Assembly: GCA_013239625.1 (NCBI GenBank)
Contig: MU055549.1
Location: 6,575,693 to 6,639,692, forward strand
Length of the DNA stretch: 64,000 nucleotides
Source: Lama guanicoe
Lineage: Eukaryota
Direction: 5' to 3'
Of the stretch, positions 23,505 through 35,249 are shown piece after piece. Under the pieces are notes generated by a model that made no database searches, was not told the origin of the DNA, and saw only the letters and a program-made list of their open reading frames with translations. Positions within the stretch are counted from its first letter, which is position 1, and each line of letters begins with the position of its first letter. The position numbers and the translations under genes were made by a program.

Positions 23505-26500
23505 AATTTCCCAACAGCAACTATCGAGATAGATGTGTGACATGAGGTCACTCAGGGTGGCGGGTAATCTGTGATCCCGAACGTTCATTTGGTGTCCCGT
23601 TAAGTGTGACCGCTGCTCCAAGGTGCTTCGTTGGCGCTTCCTGCATTCATAAGCTGGGTTAGCACCTTTAAAGGTCAGGACGGGGTGCCTGTTTCCCAGG
23701 TGCCGCCAGCGAGTTACAGAGCAGTGCGGGGTGTGTGCCCAGGCGGCCTGCTGTTCTCTATTTGGCCTCTCCCTCCAATCAGCTCCGTGGATTCTGTTTT
23801 CTTCTTCCTGAAAGTCCCATACGTCTCCCTTTGGATGCTCACCAGTCTCTGTTCTGTAAACCTGAACTAACTGTTCTTGGATGTTCTACTTGGAAGTCCA
23901 GCGAGCCCCACAAACGGGTCTCTCCTTCCTACCACCCACACCCCACCCCAAGGACTTCCTGTGTCTCTCATTGTTTTTTGATCTGGTTTGGTTTGGTTGT
24001 TTGTTTGAATTGTATGATTAAAAGCATGAAGCTGCCCCTCTCTGCTCTGGGCTTGTAGGAACTTTGTCTTCTTGCTCTTGGTCTCTGGGAACACATATTC
24101 CTTCATATTCTTTCCTCTAGTCAAGCCAGTTTTCTGGGATATGGGCATCATCCCTGTTCAGTTACTGCTTCCAGAATCCCTGTCTGCCTCCCACAGCCCA
24201 TTCCCTTCCTCCATGAAACCTTCCACACCAGCCCTGGGGTCTCTAACTCCTGAACCCGAGGCGTCCTGATCAGTCTCTGAGCCCAGAATCTGTACCTTGG
24301 TATGCCCCACCCACTCCAGGGGATGTTTCTGCTCGAAATTAAGCAAAGTACAGAATACAGCTTTGCTTCTCACCACCCAAAGTCTTTGGGACTCTATCCC
24401 AAATCCATTAGAATGATGGTCTTTCAAGCTGACTTAAAAGCCAAATTTTTTTTAAGCAGTTCCTCTCTTGATATTTGTAATTTGTTCTCTGCTCTTTCTT
24501 GATGCCTAATATCAACTAATCCTAGGGCTGTTGTGCAAAGATTTTACAGAGCAAGGTCCACTAACAGACTGGTCAGACCAGATTGCGGCCTCTTCTTTGG
24601 GATGTGTGATGTAGGTCTCGGTTTGCACTGTTGAGTTTGCTGGCATAATTGACATATTACATTTGTGAATTGCACTAGTCAGAGATTTCATACATAACTG
24701 CATCATGGCAGAGCTGGTTTGATTTGCCCCAAGTATTTGTTGGCCAGAGAAGGGGGCTTGCTATCGCTCAGCTTTGCAAAAGTAACCCCAAAAAGCATTT
24801 TCTGGAGCCCTGGGTTTATAGAACTGTAATATACCACAATGGCCTTGCTGATGACTTTTTGTTAGAACATCTTATTGTGGCTTATGGTAGAATAAATCAC
24901 TAAACACCATCCTTTCCTTTGGCAATTGGAAATGTAATTTGGAAAAAAGTAGATATTTCATTTTACTTCATTTTGTTCAAATGTCTTATACATGTGGAAA
25001 AATGGTCATGAGGATTCTATCAGCTGAGCTGTGATAAGGCCCCTTCGTAACATAACTCAGGAGAGGACTCCTTTCCTCTGCAGGAAAAAAAGAAGTGATA
25101 CGAACCTCCTTTTCAATAAACCATCGAATTCAACCTTTCTTACCTCTGGGATGTTCTCATGAGCATGGGGGATAAAGGCGGTGAGGAAGATGGGCTGGTT
25201 GGTGGATGGATGTGGGGGAAATGGAGACCAGCCGGTGTCTGCTAAATACATAGATGGTTATAAACCCTGGGAATCCTTGTCTACATCAACTTTGTTCCCG
25301 AGGAGGAGGAGAAAATCACAGAAAATGCTGCAGCGATGAGGTGGAGGAGGACTTTTTCTCCAGTGTCACTCTGCTCTTAATAGGATGAGCTTGCTGTTGT
25401 GAACGTACGTCTCAGTGCACTATTCCCTCCCCACCCCCCAAGACCGCAGGAAAGCTCATCCATGGTCCCAGAATTTTCAAGAAGAAAAGGTGATATTTAA
25501 GAGCTTCTTGGTCGTTAAGGTGGCGGAAGTGGAGCGGTGTCCGGGCCAGCAGGGAGGACTGGGGCACTTTCTCTCAGTGGCCTTCACGGCCTGGCTCACA
25601 CCCATGAGAGCCCACAGAGGGCAAGGATTGACCTGTGTTTTCTCCTGGGAAGAGCAGTCTCCAGACTTAGGCTAGAATCACTTTGTCTTTTATTTATATG
25701 CCTTTGGTTTTATCTGTCTTTTAAAAATGCATTATAGAATCACTACTTGTTTTGTTTTTTTAAAGCACTTGGAGCATCTTATCAAGAAACTGCGTTGAAG
25801 CTGACCGCCTGGGGCTAGTCCATAATCACTTCTAATAAATATCTTTAAATAGCCCCAAAATGTAGATCTTAAAAATGGGATTCATAATGTTGCTATACAT
25901 TATAATTATGTTTGGATCAGGCAATTATGTACATTTCCAGTGATTATGTGATTAGTGATAATTACATTAGCTATGTAAATATACAATAGTCAACCAGACA
26001 TGACTTAAAACTCTGTAGTATAAATGAATATAATGAAACAACATTGTGCTTGTGTAAAGAATCAGGAGAGGGAGGGAGAATGGTCAAGTTGAAGCTTCAC
26101 TGATGTCATTTGTGAGGGATAAAAATCCACATTTTGACTTATCAGGTCCTAGTTTTAAGGTAAATTTGGAGTAACGACCGCTCCCCTGGGATGCCCGCTG
26201 TCATCTAGGAATCGGATGTGTAGAATTGCCCGCACCCAATGGGCCCTCAGTTTCTGCAGATGAGAACTGGGTTCAGTGTTGTATTGTTTCTCTGCTGTTT
26301 CTCGTTGGTAAAATGCAGACTTCAGCTTCTTTGCACTTGTTGCTTTGCCCGTGGGCTCTCACCATAGTTGGCAGATTTATTTAGACTCCCCTCATTTTTA
26401 AAAGCAGCCTGTTAAGGCTGCTCTGTGTCCACCTTGGAGGTGGGGGTGTGTTGACTCAAGTCTGCGGCCGGTGTGGGTGCTTGTCAGTGTCTGGGGTTTG

Positions 26501-29500
26501 CTTTGTGGCTGCCGCGGCGGGTCGTGCTCTTCCCCCAGGTGGGTGGCCCATCTTTGTGGCCTCTGGGGTCACACCTCCCGAGTGTGAGCCACCAGCCTCG
26601 TCTTCCAAGCCTGCTCTCCTCTGGGTGCATTTTTTCTTCGTCACTTGCACCTTTGAGGAAGGAGTGTCTGCTCCAGGCCTTATAAACACCTCACAGGGAC
26701 GGGGGTTCCAGCATCTAGGGCAAGCCTTCTTCGCTGGAGTAGGTCTAAAGACAGCAGAGCCATCTGGCTCTGAAGAGCTGTAGGCCCGCTGACAGCACCC
26801 TGCACAAGTTCAGAGGGTGTCCCACACAGCTCAACTTAATTACAGGTATTTGGGGGTGACTGATACCAGAACCCCAAGATATACTTTGCTGCCGGCTTCC
26901 TGCCAGCCTCTTTAGAACCTTACAGATAACACGTGGGAAAGGAGGCACTTGTCCCGACTGATTGATACTCAGTTCATCAAACCATTATTTGATGGAATTC
27001 TTGAACATTGACTCCCTTGCCCTAAAGCTCAGGTGGCCCGAGATGCCAGCTCCCCTTCCAGGTCCAGGCAAGAAGCTGGCTCAGCACCGGCAGCTAGGCT
27101 GAGCGTTCTGGGCCTTGGGGCGCACCTGCTCGCCACGCTTCCCACACTTCCTATCTTTCGTGCATGTCACTTGTTCATCAGAGGGGCTGGGGCCGCCACA
27201 GGGCTTGTTTCCCAAATCCTGGTTGGAGAGATGTTTGTGCTTAGAGGGCCCTCCTCTCCCAGTACCCCCCTGGAATGGGGGAAACAAACAGGGTGGCTGG
27301 TCAGACCTTTCGTGTCCACAGAAGGTCTCTGTAGCTCATCCTCTTGACTGTCCACTCAGGACCCAAGTGAGAAACCGCACCGCAGGCCAGGACATTGTGG
27401 GCCCTGCCGGGCCATGTCCTGCCTTCAGGGCTGTTGTCTTCTCTGTTGTCTTAGCTTAATGCCCTCTGCACCCGGGCCCTTGCAAGTGAGGAGAAGGCTG
27501 GCTTCAGCCTGGGCCTGGGTTCAGAGGCGGGGTGGCCATGGGTCAGGGCTTCGTGGTGACTGCGTACACCTCTGTCCTTTCCCCCATCACAGCATGCACT
27601 CCTTGAGGGTAAAGACTGGCTGTTGCCTTCAAGTCCTGTTCCTTGTACAGAGTCATACTCAGCAGGCCACTGTTTACACTTCATACAAGCCATGTGTCCA
27701 ACAAATGAGCCCGTGATGGACGGAGGCAGGCGAGTCGTGGGAACAGGGCTCCATCACTATGTGAGAGAGAAAACCATGGATGCCTCTGTAGGTTGATGCA
27801 CCCCTGGGATATCTGGTCCCCTGGGTTATCTGGATGGTGGTCTCGCCCTGCTAGCTGGCAGATTTCTTTGAAGTAGGACAGAGTGACGGGGGGGACTTCA
27901 GGAAGCTACCTAGAGGGGGGTTATTTGAGCTGGACCCTGGTGGCTGGAAATGACTGGGGCATCAACCAAGGTGAGAGGAAGACATTCTGGAAATTCTGAA
28001 CCCAATAGAAATGACGAGTGTGTTGGGGTGAGGGGTGGCAACGTCGAGATGCATTGGGGGTCACCTGAGACGCTGAGATCTTGCAGGAGGAGCTGTCATT
28101 GGAGGACTTTATGGAGGAGAAGGAAGCGGTGTTCCTGGAGCACCTGCCTGAAGGGACCTCATGCCAAGTGCTGTCGACTATCCCGCACCGCCTTTCCAGG
28201 CAGACTCTAGCCTGTGGTTTGCCCTGGCACTGCCTCCATGCCAGAGTCCCAGCTCACACTTTCTGCTCCACCGGCATGCTCAGAATCATACCGTAAAAGA
28301 TACTTTTCTTTTTTGTATCCCATAACAAGTGGGAATCAAACCTTATTTTCCTAACATGACTCTCATTACGTTTTATAATCTAGTCGAGAAATCGAGTCAG
28401 GAGCCATCATTTTCATCTAAAATGGCTGAATCTTGAGTTACTGGGGGGAGGGCTGGGACTGTCGAGAGCGCGCCTCATTTTGGAAGGATTGGTTTGGTTG
28501 CAGGGCTCCACCTCCGGCCTTGGGTTTTCTCTGGAGGATTATGCTGATGACTTACAGCCTCCGGCTCCTGAGCCTGGAGCGAGCATCCAGGGGCCTCTGG
28601 CGCTGCGTGGCCCCTGGGACGGCTGGAAGTTCTGGTCGGTAGCGGTCTGCTCTCATCTCACTCAGGCGAAGGCTCTTCCAGTCCCGCCAGGCCCTTTTGC
28701 TGTTTCGCCGGTGCACTCGGGGTTTGTTTCTCCTTCTCTGATGCAGATTGACCAAGTCAGTTACTCTGGTAGGAGATGCTGGGGGTGGGGGTGGAGGACA
28801 GAAGGAAAGAAAACTTTTTAAAGGCAGAAAGCTATTTTTAAACATTGACAGAGACAAAAACCCAACACAGCCTGTACACATTTAAAAGTCGGAAGTGGGA
28901 TGTCAAAGGCCTATTTTTGGCCACCTCTGCCGGGGAACAGTGTGTAACCCACTAACCTCGGCAGCGTCCCCAGGAGGTGCTGCCTGCGGGGGGCGGGGGC
29001 GAGGGCGCCGCACTGGCCTCGCCTGGTGAACAGCAGGCGCAGGGGAGCATCTCGGGGGTTTCCTTCTTTCCACCTTTGCTTTCAGAGCTGCTTTGGGCTC
29101 ATGGCCCCAAGGACTGGAGACCCGGGAGCTGAGAGCCCAGCACGGGGAAGGCCGGCCAAGTCATGCTCCAGCGCTGCTGGCTGCCTCCTCCTGAGAAGGA
29201 ACAAGCATCCCCTGGGCCAGGCCAGGAAACAACACAGCTGTCGGGGGACAGGCAGGCAGGCCCAGCGACCTTCATGGGAGTCCAGCCTTTAGATGACCTG
29301 ATTCCACCAGATACCTGGTTGCATTTTTTGTTTGTTCGTTTGTTTTTAAGTGAGGACTAGACCCCAGAGCGGTAGTTCTATTTCCCATTCTTTTCAAGCA
29401 GTTTCCCAGAACATAAAATGCTTGTGGGTGATCTGCCTGGGGAAGGAAAGGGTAGGTGCTCGCCCCCTCCTCAGCTTCCTTCCCTGCTCTTCTGAAACCA

Positions 29501-32298
29501 TCTAGGTCATCTCAAGAGTTGTCAGGTCTCTACAGTTGCCTGACGTTGCACAGGGAATTCCCGGACTGGCTTTGGTGGGTGTCGCTTAGAACACGGGGTT
29601 TCAGTTGAGATTATTCTACAGGATCAGCTCAATCTGGGTTTATTTTGTCTGCGAGAGAATTGGGATTGTCTCTTTCTCAACTTTCAGAAGGTGGGTTGTT
29701 CCTTCATGCTTTCTGTAGTGAGACTCTACAGGATTAAAAAGTGAAGTCCATGAGACTCATTAATCTTTCAGAAATTGGTCCGATCTCACTTTGTTTAGTC
29801 AACATGAGATTTTCTGAAAATCAGCGCTTTCCTAAAAGACTGCAGTGAGCTTAAAAAAAACCTGCTGGAGCGTTTAGAAAAGCACAAGTCCAGTTACAGG
29901 TGTTTTCACCTAATACAGGAAAACATCTGTCATAATATTTGGCGGACTGCGGAGCTGAGGCTGCGTGAGTTTGGGAGGCTTCCAAGCAGAAAAGGTTGGA
30001 AGTCGATGGAAGTGAATCTGGGCCTCCTCGGCCGGGGCAGAGGGTGTCTCCTCCCTGAAGCTCGTCTGCCCACTGCTGTCCTCTCCTTAGTATTACATCT
30101 TGGGCACCTTTTCAAAAACCTGCTACTGGTTTCTTGGGGGCAATGAGGTATTCATTCTTCTGGGCAGTCCTGCTCAGGTGGAGACCTCGAACCAGAAACT
30201 GGTTATCCATAAACTGGGTGAGTTACCAACAGCTACCCCACTGCAGAAGATGCTGCACAGACAGCTCACCCAGACATCTCTGAAGGGACGTGTCTGCACC
30301 ACAAGTGGGGTTTTGTAGCATCAACGCCATGCGATGTTAAATCTTTTTTTTTTATGACAAGGAAGGAAAAGGAAATGTCGAGATGGTGTAACACTGATGC
30401 CCCCAGGCCAGTGCCATACATCGGCTAAAGGCCGAGGGCCCTGGCTCTGACAGGGGCCTACTGTACCCCATTTTGAGGGCTTTAGGAGTTACTTTCTGAT
30501 ACTCAAGCGGTTAATTAATATTTTGAGGGGTTTGGAAAATGATAAGAAAATTAACAGAATTACTTCGTTATAGAGCTTCCCCGTCCCCAGCACCAGCAGG
30601 GCTGTTACCCCAGGTAGTGGAATTCCAGAAAGCAGAGGGAGTGTGACTGGGCAAGGCACCCAACCTTGCCCTCCCCAGCATCTGGGATGTGATACAATCA
30701 TACTTGCTTGCCGAGTCATTTATGGACAAAACAGCTAGAACAGGGCCCAGTACAAACATTGAACAAAAGTTTTCTCCCACAGGGAAGACATGATGTCAGA
30801 GATGCCCTGTTTCTGGTCGTCTTGTACGGCCTTTCCTCTTGGCCAGCCAGCTGTGTTCTCTGCCAGCGGCGGACGGGGAGACCTGGCAGTGGCAGCAGCA
30901 ATGGGGCACAAGCCCCCTGGGAGCCTAAAAGGCCAAAAAAACCTCCAAGACCGAAAGAAGGAGGCGACGAGGCAGGTGTGGGCTGGGGCTGCTGGCAGTC
31001 ACCTGGTTAGTGAAGGTGTATCCTGCCTGATACACCAGGCTCGTTTCCACGCAATCCGGTCTCCTTGTACTTCTTCTCAGAAGGGTGACCAGGGAGACTC
31101 TCCGTCTTTCTCAGCCCTCTCCTTTCCGGAGGCAGGGAAGCACCGCCTGGTTTCTCAGCAGTGCCCCCAAGAGAAAACCTGCGGGAATTGGGCGTGCCCT
31201 GCCGGCCGGCCCCCGCCTGCCCTGCGGAGCCGGGAGCGGAGCTGCTGTAACCGGATAGTGCTGTTTCCATTTGGTCCGGGGCTCCAATATTCTCCTGTCT
31301 TTTTTAATGTATCTTCTAAAGTGAACACATCCTCAGGCGGCTGGTGAGATGTGTAAACATTGTCTGGTGTGTGGCCAGGCCGGGTACCTCTGTCTCCCCT
31401 GCCCAGGCCTTGCAGCCCACGATAGCGAGCGTGCCAGCAGGGGAATTAGGGACGCGGGCGCCGGCAGGCTGCTCTCAGACGTGGAAACTCCTCTGTTTTG
31501 CAGTGCGGCCTGTTCATTTTTTCCTTTTTGTCTTGTTGTGCGTCCTAGGAGTTGGAGGGGACTGGGGGAGGATTTGAGTCTCTTTGCCATCTGCCAGGGC
31601 ATTTTCTCCCAGTTAACATGCAGCCTTACTGGCATTTTTGGGTCAGAAATGGAGACCGTGGTGCTCAAGTAACACACTGGGGACCCTGGGGAGCATCTCC
31701 AGGTGGTACTTGGGCCAGTTCCTCTGTAGTCAGTCAGGGTCACAGAGCTCTGACCTTTGGAGACCAGCGGCGTTTGGGGAATAATATTGGCTTAAGTGGA
31801 CCATGTCCCCAAGTTTAATATGTACTGATCCGGGTGCAGGGAGACGGGGCAGGCACTGCCCTTTTAAACTACCTTGCGTTTCCGTGGGCCTCTTTTTCCT
31901 GGAAATGGACTTGTACCCGCTTTCCTTCCCACAGTAAATTTTCAGTATTTCTCGTTCAAAAAAAAATTTTTTTTAAACTGGCATTTCTCTTCAGCTAAAG
32001 ATTCTAGCTGAATCTCAGGTTGAGGGAGATGTGGGTGCAGACAAAACACTCTGAGGTTTAATGGCTGCCAATATGCGAATTGTCTCATTTTTAAACACGC
32101 TAATTGCACACGGCCGTTGCAGCCTCATGATTCCCAGCTTTTGTTTTTGTTGTGAATTCTTTGTCGTGGAACCTGCAGTTGGAGGGTCCTGTTCCAATCT
32201 GTGGTGGTGCTTCTTGGGGACCTGTTTGCATGTTTAAGGACATGTTTTAATACTCCTGTGCGGGGCTTCCCCTTATCTAAATAACTGCTGTTCTTTGC

Positions 32299-32393
32299 TT
32301 TTTTTTTTTTTTTTTAATGGAAGTACTGGGGATTGAACCCAGGACCTCATGCGTGCTAAGCATTTGTTCTGCCACTGAGCTACACCCTCCCCC
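32299..32393 (-). mobile_element. tRNA-derived SINE (camelid Vic-1-like)
   Basis: polyT + ggaagtactggggattgaacccaggacctcatgcgtgctaagc...ccactgagctacacc; pol III A/B boxes on the minus strand; ctgttc(t/c)tt flanks. Confidence 0.85.
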
Positions 32394-32439
32394 TGTTCCT
32401 TCCATTATGGCACCTAAAGTCCCTGGTGGGCTATGTAAA

Positions 32440-33577
32440 ATCTTAATCCATGGGAATATGGAAAATGATCGGCAAGGTCTAAGCCAGGCTGAGCCTGCTG
32501 GAGTTATGCTCTCCTTGCAAACAGATTTTAAAGAGAGACACGCCCCCAGCAGCAGCCTCCTTCCGGTTTTGCTTCTTAATGTTGGGGTTTCACCGTGGAC
32601 CTCTGTTGCAATCTTAAAATGATACATTCTGGATACATGCGTGGCTTGTTTCTCTGTTGCTGCTGTTTTTCGGGCAGCGTGAGACGATCTGTGTCTGTGT
32701 TTTACGATAATACGGTAAAGAATCCATCTGGACTTGAGCAGTGTAGTAACTCTTTTGATACGTGACCAGAGAGTCATCTCAGCCAGATTTCAATATTGGC
32801 GAAGCATCAGGCTGCAGACCTGGCCCATCTCTCTGGGCACCTTGTGTTCTAGAACTGCGCGTGAGGTTTTTTTGTTTGTTTTCTTTTTATCTGGCCTGCC
32901 TGTTCACCTTTAATTTGTTCTTAGCCGTGTGCAGTGGATTAACTTCATCAGGGTGGATTAAGATTGAATTGACATGAAAACAGTCTTTTTCTTGTTTTCC
33001 TCCTGTCACTTTTAGGCAACTGGGGGCAGGGGGTGGGGGCACCTTCGGGAGAGGGAGGCAGCGCTCATCCAAAAAGTACCCTGGTGAGGACGAGGGAGAT
33101 AAGCCGTAGCTTCAGTGTGAAAATAATTCCCAGCTGCAGGTCGGGAGGCCTGGATGGAGCCCACAGCCGGCTTCGTCAGTCTAACGGGATGTCACGTGGA
33201 ACACAAGCTTTAGGGGTTTTATTTAGCTCCTAATCCGCACGCTGAGAGCGCAGAGGTCCATGTGAGAGCGCCAGCCGGGAGGGGGGCCTGGTGGGCTGGA
33301 TGCAGCCTTCTTTCTGGGACTGAGCCGTAAAGGAAAGACCTCTGGTGCTACCGTTGGAGAGTGAGGCAAAGTTACCGTGAGTGTTGTGTTCTGTCTACTA
33401 AGGTTTCGGAGGATTAATAATTTAGGCCATACTTTGAAATAGAAAACCCCCAGTTGGTTGTTCCTGCTGTCTTGGAAGGGTTAGAATACAGCCAGGTCTG
33501 GTTTTGATGTATGTAATTGAAGATTTATAAAGAAAAGCTTCCTCCTCTGCTTCGGCCACGTTTTTTTTTTTTTTCCA
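32440..33577 (+). promoter_or_regulatory. Probable RIBEYE promoter / 5'UTR with a cluster of K50-homeodomain (CRX/OTX2) sites
   Basis: TAATCC/GGATTA at 32444, 32936, 32955, 33231 (CTAATCC), 33411; TATAAAG at 33526; directly upstream of the RIBEYE ATG. Confidence 0.6.
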
Positions 33578-35249
33578 ATGCCGGTTCCCAGCAGGCATAT
33601 AAATATTGGCCGATCTCAGAGCTGGGATGCTGCCGGGTGGTACGAGGGCCCCTGGGAGATCGCTGAGGCTCCAGGGAGGAGGAGCTCCCTGACGGATGGA
33701 GGCGGAGAGGGACCTTGGTCCGAGCAGCTGAACCCCGGGCTTCAGGATGTCACCATGCCAGGGGCTGCAGGGCCCTGCCTCTACCGGGAGGCCCTCTACA
33801 GCTCCGTGGCCGGAAGGAAGAGCTCCGTTCCTGACTTCACCTTTTACGACAACAGACAGGCGGCGATGTCAGCTCGCGGAGCCCTGCTACCGCGGGATTA
33901 CTACAGTGACCCAGCTGGAGCCGCCCGGGTGCCCAGAGAGCCTCGGCACCATCGCAACCTGGGAGTCAGCCAGCCACTGCCCGGTTATGGAGCTCTGGGC
34001 AGCAGGATGACGTGGGATCCAGTGCAAGGCCGGGTCCCTGCCCTGCAGGACACGGGTCACCTGTACCGGGATCCTGGTGGTAAAATGATCCCTCAGGGGC
34101 AGCGATCGCAGAGCAGGGCCTCATCGCCCGCGCGGTACACAGGGGAGCCGGCCGACAGCAGGTACGGGGTGGAGGCGCCCGTCTACCCCGCCAGTCAGGT
34201 CTACAACCATGTGGGTGAGAGATCTGTGGATTCTGCCCCCGCCAGGCAGGCAGCCCCCACATGCCTGGTCGTGGACCCCAGCGTGGCTGCTGCCTCCGGG
34301 GTTGGCACGGGGGCAGCTCAAGGCACCCTGAACCGAGGCTACGGGCCTGCCCAGGAGAGTGTCCACCCCAGGATGGCTTACGAGAATTGTGAGGCCGACC
34401 TGTCCGCCTTCCAGGGGCCTGGCGGCGGCAAGAGGAGTGTGATGCCTGAGTTCCTGGCCTTCCTGCGGGCGGAGGGCGTGGCAGAGGCCACTCTGGTGGC
34501 CCTGCTGCAGCAGGGCTTCGACTCCCCAGCCGTCCTGGCCACGATGGAGGATGCCGACATCAAGTGCGTGGCGCCCAACCTCGGCCAGGCCCGCGTCCTG
34601 AGCCGCCTGGCCAGCAGCTGCAGGACGGAGATGCAGCTGCGCCGGCAGGGCCGGACACGCTCTAGCAGCTTCAGCCACCGGAGCGAGCTTCACGGTGACT
34701 TGTCTGCTCTGGGTGCCCCGGCCTTGCAACCCCAGCCGGTGGGACCCTTGCAGGCGGCGTCCCCTCGGGCTGGGGACTCGGCTCGCCGCCCCTCCAGTGC
34801 GCCATCCCAGCACCTCCTGGAGACAGCTACCTACTCTGCCCCGGGGGTGGGCACCCAAGCCCCCCACTTTCCGTCCAACTCTGGGTACAGCTCTCCCACT
34901 CCATGTGCCCTGACAGCGCGGCTGGGCCCCACGTACCCGCCGCAGGCCGGAGTGGCCTTGACTAACCCGGGCCCTGCCGCCCCACTTCACCCAGGCCCCA
35001 GAACAGCCTATTCCACCGCATACACGGTGCCCATGGAACTGCTGAAGCGGGAGCGCGGCGTGGCCGCGTCCCCCCTGCCCAGCCCCCACGGCAGCCCCCA
35101 GCTCCTGCGGAAGCCCGGTGTCCCCGCGGAGCCCTCCACCCTGCCGTCAGCCAGCCAGAGCCTGCACTCGCCCCACTCGCCCTACCAGAAGGTGGCCCGG
35201 CGGACGGGGGCCCCCATCATCGTGTCCACCATGCTTGCACCGGAACCAA
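33578..35249 (+). CDS. CTBP2: RIBEYE A-domain exon (alternative first coding exon, 557 codons + 1 nt); synaptic ribbon scaffold isoform
   Basis: 570-aa ORF starts MPVPSRHINIGRSQSWDAAGWYEGPW and runs to ...IIVSTMLAPEP. Donor CCAA|GTAATG after 35249 is phase 1 and joins 53710 to give ...[14 protein letters not shown]. Confidence 0.97.

Noticed and set aside
27499-27580. Resemblance, from memory, to the position and sequence of human intronic MIR4296
   Set aside because: The putative mature/seed segment appears diverged and no convincing hairpin is visible; the recollection is unverified, so no ncRNA is called.
33560-33594. Poly-T before the RIBEYE ATG as a possible acceptor allowing a CtBP2-L/RIBEYE fusion
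   Set aside because: The nearest AGs (33590-91, 33593-94) need a phase-2 donor, but the CtBP2-L donor is phase 1, so the join is out of frame.
34121-35089. 322-aa antisense ORF overlapping the RIBEYE exon
   Set aside because: Expected shadow ORF of GC-rich coding sequence; low-complexity translation with no domain features.
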